A DNA stretch of 64,000 nucleotides from Anthoceros angustus. Lineage: Eukaryota; Plantae; Anthocerotophyta. The translations under genes were made by a program, and so were the position numbers. Each line of letters begins with the position of its first letter. The first letter of the stretch is position 1. Where the stretch lies: assembly GCA_010909165.1 (NCBI GenBank), contig MU008187.1, positions 686,247-750,246 of the forward strand, in the 5' to 3' direction. A model generated the notes under the pieces. The model was not told where the DNA came from and did no database searches. It saw only the letters and a program-made list of their open reading frames with translations. This document shows positions 50,358 to 63,619 of this stretch, piece by piece.

Positions 50358-51263
50358 CGGGTCATCCCGGTAGATATGGATGATGGTAGGAGGATGACAT
50401 TATGCTCATATGACATAAGCGGGTTCTATAACATACATACGTAGGATGTTCCCAAGTATATGAATGATTTTAAGAAGAGGGCATAATGCTCACATAACAA
50501 AAGCAGGTTCTATATTTTATACACCTATATTATAATATGTAAACTAGATCAGATTAAGAGAAAGATACAAGAGCATGTACATAGTCTTGTAGGGAAAGAT
50601 CCCTCAAACCCATGTATCTTTTACTTTTTACTTTTTCGAAAGGTAGTCTAGTACTCGTGTGGAAGAACTCTCGCGTGGAAGTCCAGCATGCCCACGGCCA
50701 GGACGACATGTGGAAGACTTCTCATGTGTGAGTCTAGCACACCACAAGGTGCAATGACATGAGTAAGAGTTTCCAAAAACCACACGCACAAGGTGGGACG
50801 ACATGAATATGAGTATCAGACTGGACGATTGATTCTTGACACTAATCACCCTTCTAGATGATATTGTACGGTAATATACATTAATTATCTCTCTAGGTAC
50901 TACTATGATGAACCCCCTTCCCATGTTTAGTGCACCTAAGCTCTCTTGGGTCCAACACAGGTATCACAAAGCACCAAAGAGGACGTAAAGAGGTGTTCAA
51001 GAAGTTGACAATGATTCATACCTTCTATACAAAATGTTTGTATTCATTACGGCAAGGAATCACAATAATGTTTTGAAACTATGTGTTCATCAAGGCAAGA
51101 AGGCCAAGAACGCTAGGGCATTGCAACAATTGGAAATATGTGTTTATCAAGGCAAGAAGGGCAAGGAGTTGTAACAATTGGAAGTATAAAGTGATGATCT
51201 ACATCTTGTTTCTAACGGGAAACAAAGGGGAAAAACCCAACTAAGGGCACCATGCCAGGGGGA

Positions 51264-52165
51264 CTAGCCCTCACGATCACACATTTTAAAACTATCAACC
51301 GCCTGAAGAACTTCATGATTAGGGATGTGAAAAGGCCTACTTACCACCAGTGTCGAAGAAGCTGCATCTCTCGCGCTCGCTGTCGTTCTGTACAGTGTGT
51401 TGGCCAACGCCCTCTGCAGAGCGATAGAAACCCTCTGTTGGAAGAAAGCAATAATACAAGAAAGGGGGAGACCAACCCCATTCTTGCAGCTATGATAAGC
51501 CTTGGCGCAGGCCTTGACGAGCCTAGAGAAATCTTTGCCCATGGCTTCGTGAATCTCGATGGCAAGGGGACGAAGTCATGGCCGTCCTACATAGGAGAGT
51601 ACTTGTGGACCTTAGCCGGTGCTAAGGTCATCCCACCTTGTATCATATGGTTTTTGAAAACTGCTTCCCAGTTGACAAAGGTCGTCGATGTGCACCAAAT
51701 CCTCAGCCAAAAAGCGGCATCCACATAATCCTGGATGAAGGTAGAAGGCCCAACCAGGACATCAAGAACCCGAAGCCTCGGCGGAGAAGCAATATCCCCC
51801 TCCGGATACTGAAGAAAAGGCACGACGCCAGAGGGAGACCAAACCTTCTACTTAATAATTTTGACCTTCAAATCGAGGCGGGAGAGCTTTGAAGCGAAGA
51901 AATCAAACGTCACCTTAACTATGTCTCCACGCCCGAGGATACGGGTATCGTCGGCCACAGACGGATACAAACATTCCCACACCGAAGAGGCAGTTGAAGA
52001 CAAAGCCCTGAATTGCGCCATGGCAAAGAGAGCACCCCCAAGAGGGTCACCTTGCCTAGTGCCCAACACCGAGTTCAACACAGAAACCCCTTCCACCGAG
52101 GGGCCATGTTGATAATAGAGGTTGGAAGGAGACCCAAATAAGAAGCGGACAAAGGAAATAAGGCA
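51264..52165 (-). mobile_element. Degenerate, internally deleted non-LTR retrotransposon, CRE-like (RT plus C-terminal restriction-like endonuclease remnant)
   Basis: RT motifs GTRQGDPLGGALF, SVADDTRILG, LRVLDVLVG; RLE-like tail K.HKY....FVP and QRVSIALQRALA. Confidence 0.72.
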
Positions 52166-52497
52166 CTAGGGTTTAGGGTGAAATAAGGAACTACTATGTT
52201 AGGCTTAGTGTAGAGATATAATTAGGGATAATAACAATACAAGAATTATCGTTTTAGAATTCTAAATTATGAAGCTATGCCATGTACTCCTATATAAAGG
52301 CCTTGAACACTTAATGTTAAGAGTGTGTTATTTTTTTAACAAATTGAACATCTAAGGGTTTTTTCTAGAAAGAAGAAGAAGAAGAAGAATTTTATTTAAG
52401 TCCACTACGGACGGATTCCGTCATGGGAAGCTTGGCACAAGCCGCATGATGTTGTAGAGAGCCATATTTGTGAAGGAAGTTGGCCGGATTATCTGCA

Positions 52498-55400
52498 AAT
52501 GGCAAAAAGCTCGGGTTCATCAGGCACCACATTTGATTCAGGTTCACCAGATTACACGTTGGCTGACATGGGAGAAAGCTCAGCTTCATCAAACATTACG
52601 TTTGACTCGAGTTCATCAGATTATACGCTGGCTGACATGGCAGAAAACTCGGCTTCATCAAACATCACGTTTGACTCAACTTCACCAGGTTACACGCTAG
52701 CTGACACGGGAGAAAGCTCGGCTTCATCAGGCACCGCGTTCGAGTCGGGTTCACCACATTATACGCTGGCTAACATGGTAGAAAGCTCGGCTTCATCAAA
52801 CATCACGTTTGACTCAACTTCACCAGGTTACACGCTAGCTGACACGGCAGAAAGCTCGGCTTCATCAGGCACCGCGTTCGAGTCGGGTTCACCACATTAT
52901 ACCGCTAACATGGTAGAAAGTCACCATCAAACATCACGCTTGACTCAACTTCACCAGTTACACGCTAGTCGACACGGAGAAAGCTCGGCTTCATCGAGCA
53001 CCGCGTTCAGTCGGGTTCACCACATTATACCGCTAACATGGTAGAAAGCTCGGCTTCATCAAACATCACGTTTGACTCAACTTCACCGTTACACGCCAGT
53101 CGACACGGAGAAAGCTCGCTCATCGTGCACCACGCTCGACTTGGGTTTACCAGTTACACGCTAGTCGACATGGAGAAAGTCAGCTTCATCAAACATTACG
53201 CTTGACTCGAGTTCATCGATTATCGTCGACATGGCGTAAAACTCGGCTTCATCAAACATCACGTTTGACTCAACTTCACCGGTTACACGCTTAGTCGACG
53301 GAGAAAGCTCGCTTCATCAGCACCGCGTTCGAGTCGGGTTCACCATACGGCTAACATGGTAGAAAGCTCGGCTTCATCAAACATCACGTTTGACTCAACT
53401 TCACCAGGTTACACGCTAGCTGACACGGCAGAAAGCTCGGCTTCATCAGGCACCGCGTTCGAGTCGGGTTCACCACATTATACGCTGGCTAACATGGTAG
53501 AAAGCTCGGCTTCATCAAACATCACGTTTGACTCAACTTCACCAGGTTACACGCTTGCTGACACGGCAGAAAGCTTGGCTTCATCAAACATTACGTTTGA
53601 CTCAGCTTTACCACGTTACACGCTGGCTAACGTGGCAAAAAGCTCAGCTTCATCAAACATCACGTTTGACTCAGCTTCACCAGGTTACACATTGGCTAAC
53701 ATGGCAGAAAGCTCGGCTTCATCAAACATCACGTTTGACTCAACTTCACCAGGTTACACGCTGGCTGACATGGCAGAAAGCTCGGCTTCATCGAACATCA
53801 CATTTGACTTAGCTCCACCAGGTTACACGCTGGCAGACATGGCAAAAAGCTCGGCTTCATCAAATATCACATTCAACTCGGCTTCACTAGGTTACATGCT
53901 AGGTGACATGGCGAAGCTCGCTTCCTCAAACATTACGCTTGACTCAACTTCACCGTTACGCTAGTGACATGGTAGAAAGCCTGGGCTCATCAGCACCACG
54001 CTCGACTTGGGTTTACCGGTTACACGCCAGTCGACATGGCGAAGCTTCGGCTTCATCAAACATCACGTTTGACTCAACTTCACCGGTGGTGACATGGCGA
54101 CTCGGCTTCATCGAACATCACATTTGACTTAGCTCCACCAGGTTACACGCTGGCAGACATGGCAAAAAGCTCGGCTTCATCAAATATCACATTCAACTCG
54201 GCTTCACTAGGTTACATGCTAGGTGACATGGCAGAAAGCTCGGCTTCCTCAAACATTACGTTTGACTCAACTTCAGCCCGTTACACGCTAGCTGACATGG
54301 TAGAAAGCTCGGGCTCATCAGGCACCACGTTCGACTGGTTTACCGGGTTACGGGCGACATGGCGGCTCGGCTTCATCAAACATTACGTTTGACTCAACTT
54401 CACCGTTACGCTAGTGACATGGTAGAAAGCTTCGGGTTCATCGGGCTTTCGTTACTCGGGTTTACGGTTACACGCTAGTTGACATGGCGAGCTTCGGCTT
54501 CATCAAACATTACGTTTGACTCAACTTCAGCCCGTTACGCTTCGACATGGTAGAAAGCTTCGGGCTCATTAGGCACCACGTTCGACTCGGTTTACCGGTT
54601 ACACGCCAGTCGACATGGCGTAAAGCTCGGCTTCCTCAAACATTACGTTTGACTCAACCCGCATTGCTACACCAGAGTCGACATGGCGAAGCTCGGCTCA
54701 TCGTGCACCACGCTCGACTCGGGTTTACCAGGTTACACGCTAGCTGACATGGCAGAAAGCTCGGCTTCATCAAACATTACGTTTGACTCAACTTCAGCCC
54801 GTTACACGCTAGCTGACATGGTAGAAAGCTCGGGCTCATTAGGCACCACGTTCGACTCGGGTTTACCAGGTTACACGCTAGTTGACATGGCAGAAAGCTC
54901 GGCTTCCTCAAACATTACGTTTGACTCAACCCGCATTGCTACACCAGAGTCGACATGGCGAAAGCTCGGCTCATCGTGCACCACGCTCGACTCGGGTTTA
55001 CCGGGTTACACGCCAGTCGACATGGCGAAGCTCGGCTTCATCAAACATTACGTTGACTCGGGTTTACCGGGTTACACGCTAGTTGACATGGCGAAGCTTC
55101 GGCTTCATCAAACATTCGTTTGACTCAACTTCACCGTTACACGCTGACATGGTAGAAAGCTCGGGCTCATTAGGCACCACGTTCGACCGGTTTACCGGGT
55201 TACACGCTATGGCGACATGGCGGCTTCCTCAAACATTACGCTTGACTCAACCCGCCCCGGCTTACCAGATCGACATGGTAGCTTCCGGGCTCATGCACCA
55301 CGTTACTGGTTTACCGGGTTACCACATCGTAAAGCTCGGCTTCATCAAACATTACGCTTGACTCAACTTGACCCGTTACGGTAGAAAGCTCGGGCTCATC

Positions 55401-55885
55401 GGGCTGCGTTGACTTGGTTACACGCTAGTTGACGCCATGGCGGCTTCGGCTTCATCAAACATCACGCTTGACTCAACTTCACCGTTACGGTAGGCGCATG
55501 GTAGCTGGGCTCATCGGGCACGTTACTCGGGTTTACCGGTTACACGCTTCGTGACATGGCGGCTCGGCTTCATCATGCACCACGTTTGACTCGAGTTCAC
55601 CAGGTTACACACTTGCTGACATGGCAGAAAGCTCAGCTTCATCAAACATCACGTTTGACTCAGCTTCACCAGGTTACACGCTAGCTGACATGGCAGAAAG
55701 CTCGGCTTCATCAGGCACCACGTTCGACTCGGGTTCACCAGGTTAATTACATGCTAGCTGACGTGGCATAAAGCTTGGCTTCATCAAACAACAAATTTGA
55801 ATCAGCTTGACCAGGTTACATGCTGGCTGACATGGCAGAAAGCTCCGCTTCATCAAACATCATGTTTGACTCAGCTTGATCAGGT
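52498..55885 (+). repeat. ~3.4-kb array of a 69-bp unit (~49 copies) with alternating variants
   Basis: ATGGCAGAAAGCTCGGCTTCATCAAACATCACGTTTGACTCAACTTCACCAGGTTACACGCTAGCTGAC, which reads MAESSASSNITFDSTSPGYTLAD. Confidence 0.95.
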
Positions 55886-56284
55886 TTGAGGAGACTGGCA
55901 CGGGCCAAGATGGTCAAGGAGACAGGCACGAGCAAGATGAGGAGGTTAGAATGGGCCAAGATGTAAAATGTCCTTGCCAGCACTTTGGTGCTTATTAGTA
56001 ATATTGTAAAAGATATAATTTGAATCATTAAAATTTCTTTAAAACTCCAAACCATTATCTCTCCTTTTGCTTATAAAAAAGATATTAAGTTAGCTTATCC
56101 CAATTTTGCTTTGTTATTTTATAAATTTTAAATTTAACCTTTGAAGTATAATGTTTTTTTTTCCATCAAAGTGCAAGTCAATTTGCACTTGTCCGTATCC
56201 ATCCTTGTTGGTTATTCAAATCCTACCCTTACCATCGACATACAAATTGTTCGTACATTTCGGAATAAACAGATGCTCCTTGTA

Positions 56285-56975
56285 TAGTAAATGAGTAAGT
56301 GAGTAAGTCAATAGGTGAATAAATGAGTATATGAAGGACAGAATAAGCGAGTAAATGAGTAAATAAATAAATAATTGAATGAGTGAACAAGTGAGTAAGT
56401 AAATAAGTGGCTAAAGGAGTGAGTAAGTAAATGAATAACTGAGTAAATAAATACGAGAATAAAAAATAAATAAAGTGAGCAATAAAATAAATGAGTAGAT
56501 AAGTAAATAAATAAATAGATAAAACTGTGGATAAGTACGTAAGTGAGTAAGAATAAAATAAATAAAAGAGTAAATAAATAAGTGAGTACGTGAATAAATG
56601 GATAAATGAGGAAGTAAACGAATGAGGAAGTAAACGAATGAGGAAGTAAACGAATGAGGAAGTAAACGAATGAGGAAGTAAACGAATGAGGAAGTTAACG
56701 AATGAGGAAGTAAACAAATGAGGAAGTAAACGAATGAGGAAGTAAAGGAATGAGGAAGTAAACGAATGAGGAAGTAAATGAATGAGGAGTAAATAAATGA
56801 ATGAGTACATAAATGAATGAGTAAATAAATGACTGAGGAAATAAATGAATGAGGAAACAAATGAATCAGTAAATAAATGAATGAGCAAGTAAGTGAATTA
56901 ATGAGTAAGTAAATAAGTGAATTAATGAGTAAGGAAAAAAGTGAATTAATGAGTAAGTACATAAGTGAAAAAGTG
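56285..56975. repeat. A/G-rich low-complexity tract with a 16-bp core repeat (~11 copies at ~56605-56785)
   Basis: gaatgaggaagtaaac tandem copies flanked by degenerate (aatgagtaa)-like repeats. Confidence 0.9.
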
Positions 56976-57345
56976 AGTCGGCCAGTTACTCCCACAACCA
57001 CGCCACGAGAGGTAAAAACGAACTTGCAAATCCACTGTCATACCGCTGCAAGCTGAATCCAGCAAGCGTAGCCCCGTTACCACAGGATCTGGGTCAAAAT
57101 CCCACGCCTCCACCGGGGCCCTGACCCCTGATCTCCAAGACCCAGCCAGATCCCAAGCGAGACCCCACGAGGCAGACGAAGCGCGTGAAGTTCCTCCCGC
57201 CCCGGTCTGTTCTGTTATGATGAGAGGTGCCAGGATCCGTGTTAGCCATCTATGTCCACGTCTCAGTTTGGACAGGAATGGAAATGTGCATGTCTCAGCA
57301 AGTACATTCACCCCAATAAGCTCTGGCCACACTTCTTCAGTCTCC

Positions 57346-60300
57346 TCACGGTCGGCCCTTACAACTGCAACAACCAGCTGTGAATCGATGCACACGGTAC
57401 CCATCCCTTACAACAATGTCTCTCTGTTCAAGCCTTGACATGATCTCCGTGGAACTGTGGCAGTCACTGCACATGCGTAGATTTTTTGTTACCACGAGAG
57501 GTGTCCCACTCGGAGTGTTCAACAGACCAAACGCTAAAGCTAGCTTCTCAGCATGCCCACAAGCGCATCTTCCTTTTCCTTCTCACACACTGGCTTCAAC
57601 ACCAATTTTGTGCGAGGTACATGGCCTCCTTCCTGCTTCACACGTGCATATGTGCTCTCCACCTTAAGCGCAATATCCTTTCTCCTTTCTCCCACCAGAA
57701 ATCTGTGTACCTCCTTATTCACCTCAATGGTCGCCACTGCAGGTTTCTTGTTAGCTCCTGCTGCACTTCTCTGTGTTTCAATCCTGTCTACATCGCTCCA
57801 CCTATCTGCATCTGCATAGGCATTGGCCATGAGCACATAGGCAGACGCCATTTGAGGGTCCAGCCTAACAATGCTTTCAAAACACCACACAGCCCTCTCT
57901 ATATCCCCGTGACTTTTGCAGGCATTCAACAAAGACGTCAAGCCCACAACATTACTATAGCCCTCGCATGATAACAGCATCTTCTCTGCCTCGTCTAAAT
58001 GGCCAGCACGCCCAAGAAGATCAATCATGCAGATGTAATGCTCTATAGTAGGTTTGATGCCATGCTGTTCAGCCATAGAATCAAAGTGTTTGCGACCCTC
58101 ATGGACCAGTCCCTCGTGGCTGCATGCTCCTAGAAGGCAAGAAAACGTTGCATCATTAGGCAGAATACCGGCTACTAACATCTCCTCAAAACAAGCTAGT
58201 GCCTTGTGACCTTCATCACAAGCACCATAGCCAGATATCAGGGCAGTCCATGTCACCACGTTCTTTGTGGTCAAGCTGCCAAAAACCTGGCGTGCAGCCT
58301 CCAATTTCCCACATTTTGCATACATGTCTATGAGGCAGTTGCCCAACACTACGTTATCCAGCAATCCTCTTTTGAGAATCTGTGAGTGCAGCTGCCTGCC
58401 CTTCTAAGGCACCAGTGCTTGCACAGGCCTTCAGAAGGCAAGCAAAAGTAACATGGTCAGCCAAAATCAGGCCCTCCTCCATTTGTCCATACAACAAGCG
58501 CCTCTTAGTCCTTGCTGTGCATACCCAGCGATCAGGGCATTCCATGACACCACATCCTTTTGTGCCAAGCTGTCAAAGACCTGGCGTGCATCTTCCAGTT
58601 CACCACATTTCGCATACATGTCCACCAGGCAGTTGCCCACCAGTACGTCATCCAGCAGTCTTCTTTCGACAATCTGTGAGTGCAGTTGTATGCCCTTCTG
58701 CAAGGCACCAGTGCTTGCACAGGCCTTCAGAAGGCAAGCATGTGGTCAGCCAAAATGAGGCCTCCTCCTCCATTTGTCCATACACACAAGCGCCTCTTGG
58801 CCGAGTCCTTGCTGTGCATACCCAGCAATCAGGGCATTCCATGTCACCACATCCTTTGTGGCCATGCTGTCAAAAACCTGGCGTGCATCTTCCAGTTCAC
58901 CACATTTTGCATACATGTCCACCAGGCAGTTGCCCACCACTACGTCATCCAGCAGTCCTCTTCGACAATCTGAGTGCAGCTGCCTGCCCTTCTGTAAGGC
59001 ACCAGTGCTTGCACAGGCCTTCAGAAGGCAAGCAAAAGTAACATGGTCAGCCAAAATCAGGCCCTCCTGCTCCATTTGTCCATACACTACAAGCGCCTCT
59101 TGGCCGAGTCCTTGCTGTGAATACCCAGCAATCAGTGCATTCCATGTCACCACATCCTTTGTGGCCATGCTGTCAAAAACCTGACGTGCATCTTCCAGTT
59201 TGCCACATTTCGCATACATGTCCACCAGGCAGTTGCCCACCATTACGTCATCCAGCAGTCCCCTTTCGACAATCTGTGAGTGCAGCTGCATGCCCTTCTG
59301 TAAGGCGCCAGTGCTTGCACAGGCCTTCAGAAGGCAACCAAAAGTAACACGATCAGCCAAAATGAGGCCTGCCTCCTCCATTTGTCCATACACAGCAAGC
59401 GCCTCTTGCCCGAGTCCTTGCTGTGCATACCCACCAATCAGGGCAGTCCATGTCACACATCCTTTGTGGCCATGTCAAAAACCTGGCGTGCATCTTTCAG
59501 TTCACCACATTTTGCATACATGTCCACTAGGCAGCTGCCAACAAATAAGTTAGTAGAAATGTCACTCTGCACCACATCACAGTGCACTTTTCTGCCAGAT
59601 TCCAGGTCGGCAGCCAATGCACACGCTCGAAGGGCAGCCGCAAAGACGTGAGCATCTGCCTTCACTCCTGACCTACGCATCTCATGGTAGAGTTGTATGG
59701 CCTCCTTAGGTTTCCCGTGGTTAGCATGTGCAGAAATTATGGAAACCCACATGAAGACATTTGGTTTACCCACCCTGGTGAACACATCCATGGCCTCCTG
59801 CAGCCTACCTTCAGATGCATACATGCGCAAGATATGGTTCCCCAAGTATGCATCCGACTCGTACCCAAGTTTGGCAGTGAGATCATGTACTCGACGCCCC
59901 ACAACCAAATCCTTCTTAGCTGTACACAGTTTTAGCACAGTGTAAAACAGAGACTGAGATACAGCAGCACCTGTGTGCGCTAGAGATTCCAGGGCTCCAA
60001 CAGCCTCAGAAAGCTTCCCCTGCTGACATAACGTGCTCACGGTAACAGCCGTAACGACGTCCATTTCCGATCCTGCACGCCTCCCAGGTTCAGGCTTATC
60101 CTGAGAGCTGGACTCGGAAGGAGAGTCACCATGGCCCATGTGCATGTCCGAGGAAATGAGCTGCTCATCAATCCAAGCTGGCTTAAACATGTTGTTTAAC
60201 CACAGCACCTCGCCGGACCCCTTTCGCCGGAAGTCAGGAGAATGGGAGCTCTTCTTATCTCGTCTGTTGTCCCACAACGTGGTAGGCTCCAGGAAAAATA

Positions 60301-60532
60301 GTTGCCACAAGTGCTCCTGCTCCTGGCAACGACAATCGCTGGAAAACCCATCCCTACCCACACACTTTCTCGGCAGGGGAAGTGCTGGGCTCCTTACACC
60401 GCTGCACCTGGAGGCTTTGCTTGCCAGGGGCGGACTCGCTAACATGAGGTTAGCAGGAGCTCCTCGTGTAACCCCCGCACACACACCAGTTTGTTGGGTC
60501 CACAACGGATCCGGTTGCCATACCGTGGCCAT
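57346..60532 (-). CDS. PDF-motif + PLS-PPR-E-DYW:KP (GRP-type) gene with several small deletions (pseudogene or assembly errors)
   Basis: [47 protein letters not shown]; ~5 near-identical PLS triplets; [10 protein letters not shown]; GHAEKLA...CSDCH...CCSCKGRP*. Confidence 0.85.
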
Positions 60533-61537
60533 CGTTCAGGGACCGCTGTCGGAGGTGCATGGACAAGACTAGGCCGCAGTACCTAGAAAGCTGCTGAACA
60601 ACGGGCAGTTAAGCTGTGCTCAGGACCTGGCAAATTGCTGCACAACAGCAAGGCCGGACTGCTCGTGGAGAAAGTAGTCTTGGCACCTGCACCCAACCTG
60701 GACATTGGCACCTCCACCTGGACCTCAACCTGAACCTGCACCGGAGAATGTAGCATTGGCAGTGGCACCTGCAACCCTCTCCCACGCATGACTTCGGGCA
60801 GCTAAGGTCAGCTGATGAAAGAAGGAGGCTCTACCAGGTTGGACGACTTCGCAGGGCGCGAACAGGTGGCAGACACACACAGACAAAGCTCCGTGCCCTG
60901 TCCCAACATTTCCTCAACATGAGCTCGTGTCAGCACCTCAGTTTGCGACTTTCCGCCGCAGGTGATCCGTCCAGCCTTGGCGATGAATTCCCTCGCTTTC
61001 TGCGAGATGTTGGGGTGGGACTTTGGACAAGAGCTGAGTTCCAACTAACCCATTCATGTGAGTTTCAAATTGTCCGATGCGTGGAAAATATAGCATAAGT
61101 AATAAAAATTATCAAAGAATAATAAATAATATCTAAATGATATAATACAAGGTATGTTTTAGGTTATATATTATTAAAAATATTTAAATTATCTAAATAT
61201 TATATAATTTTGTAGCTGAATATTCATTGATTCATATATTACACGCACAAGCAGTTCCTACTATGACGGAATCCGCCTCGCAACAGCGGGGTCCGACAAC
61301 CTAATCAAATAAACAAATAGGTACATAGAAAGTTTTCTCTTTGATATATATAATATAGAGTTTTATTATATTCCATGTAAGTATAGCATGTGATATAAAA
61401 TCCATGAAAATATCATTGATTACGGTTTTCATGTGAAAGCTGCTTCCTTCCATCTTTGTCATGAACTATTATTCTAGTCATGGCATAGCTATATACCTAC
61501 TTGTTCACATGGCTTTGCTATATACTTGCCTGGTCGT

Positions 61538-61591
61538 TTATCGAAGGTGCAAGTCATCGGAATTGATAAGGCTCAATTCTTTGGAGATATA
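61538..61591 (+). pseudogene. Possible thymidine kinase exon remnant
   Basis: LSKVQVIGIDKAQFFGDI resembles the TK1 Walker B motif VIGIDEAQFF; only 18 aa. Confidence 0.4.
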
Positions 61592-61936
61592 CATCATAGA
61601 CGTAGTATTCTACAAAAATTGATATCACATTCAACTAAACTAATAAAATATTTTTTGTATGAGATTTTTATGACCATAACCAATACATGTATGGTGAACT
61701 TGATCGGGTATTTATATTCCATATAATAGGCAGTCCCGAAGTCCTTTAGAATCTTACAACAAAGATCATATATCAGAGGGCCCAAAACAGGCATTTACAT
61801 TCCTCAGGCGGCATTTACATTCCTTAGGCGGCCCCAACCCTAGCCTTACAACAACAGCCCATTTCCTTACAATAACAGCTCTTTTTGCAAGCGAGACAAT
61901 AAAGATTATATATCTAGGGACTTACCTTACAACAAC

Positions 61937-62209
61937 AAATTGGGCCCAAAACGCCAACCTCACACCTAGTGCTCCACCACCCAAATAACCCAGCTATTTT
62001 ATGGTGAGATAGCAGATCGATGTCCATGCTCAACCACACAAGGCAAAGTAATCGGGGGTGGGACATACCGCTTCCTAGTAGTGAATCGATTGACGATCGA
62101 GGGTTGCTTAACCACGGAGTTCCAGTGAACTCCTGGCTATGTGTCATTCATGAAGGGATGAAATATGTGTTTGATACGATGTTTCTTAAAAATTTAAATA
62201 GATATTTGA

Positions 62210-62275
<66 letters not shown>

Positions 62276-63445
62276 TCTCTCTCTCTCTCTCTTAGTAGCC
62301 CCCGACCCCCCAAACATACACTCTGGACAAATACAAAGGGAAAAAAGAACAAATGGGAGTGAGAAGAGAAGGCGCCATGACGTAAAGGTTACAAAAGTCA
62401 AAGCTGTGCCTACCACGACACGTTAGAAGGACCAATAGACTTAAATCCTCAGGAGATAGTAATCTGACCCAAGGATGCTTAAACCGCAGAGTTCGGATGA
62501 GACTCCGTGTAGTTACAAGGTATGGCCACACGATGCAAACCAATGGCTTTCACATTTTATTTATGAAGTGCGCCAACCTGCTGACACACTGGTGTGAGAA
62601 TGCACCGGTAGGCCAACGCTGTCGACACGGAGTGCACGGCTTATCAATGCATTGGGCCGTGTCAATATAAAAATGTCGCATCAAGACCTCTCAATCCCAA
62701 TACTGATCCGGCCCAAAGGCACTTGTCCACAAAGGTTGTTGCAAAAGTGTGGCCACACCATACAAATTCGTGGCTTTCACATTTTATTGATCAAGTGCGC
62801 CAGTAGGCTGGCGCACTTGATGTAGAGTGCATTGGTAGGCGGCGCACTTAACACGGAGCGCGCCGGTAGAGCGCAAGTTTTTTTACTTTACGGGTTTTGG
62901 GCGTGTCTTGGTGGCATTGATCGGAGGCCTTGACTGCAAACAACTTGTTAGGTGCTTGTTTCTTGAATCCATCATTCGATGCACTGGCCCTCCAACACAG
63001 CATTCTGCTTTCGACCTTTGTTTCTTCCTTTCGGTGGACAGTATGGGTGTGCAGATTGTATCGTCCCTAAGGACACACATATTTTGGAAGGAATAGGACT
63101 TTTGTTGTACTAAGTGAAAGGACTGCCATAGTCCCGAGTATGCCTCGGGCTGGAACTGGCATTGTCTTGGGTATGGCCCGGCAAAATCCTAGCGCACGCT
63201 ACCTCACCGCTTGCCGTTTGGGAGAAACCATGGAACTTCCCTCCATGTATATAACACCCAACTTAAATTGGGCCCCGAAACGCCAACCTCACACCCTAGT
63301 GCTCCACCACCCAAATAACCCAGCTATTTTATGGGCCAATAGAACACAATATCCGCCTCCCTTCCATGCATCTAGCGACCAACTGAAGTCGGGCCCCAAC
63401 GAAACGCCAACCTCTCACCCTGGTGCCCACCACCCAAATAACCCG
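61937..63445. repeat. Repeat-rich, probably TE-derived region with a ~65-bp motif at ~61937, ~63265 and ~63390
   Basis: aaattgggccc.aaacgccaacctcaca.ctagtgctccaccacccaaataaccc recurs; 62520-62640 also resembles 62750-62860. Confidence 0.6.
62214..62292. repeat. (AT)n microsatellite followed by (CT)n
   Basis: Directly visible. Confidence 0.98.
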
Positions 63446-63619
63446 AGCCAATAAATAAATTATTAAAATTTATCGTGCAATTTCCATACATATTGTGCAA
63501 TATAAATCCTTTTATGAATGGGCTGGTCGGGACTGAAGCTAGCGAGCTCATCGCCAAGCTGATATCACCTCGGACAAAAGTTGCAAACTGAGTGCTGAGA
63601 CGATCCCATGATCGGTAAA

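Noticed and set aside
56229-57001. Hydrophobic 219-aa and 196-aa ORFs
   Set aside because: Translations of a low-complexity repeat tract
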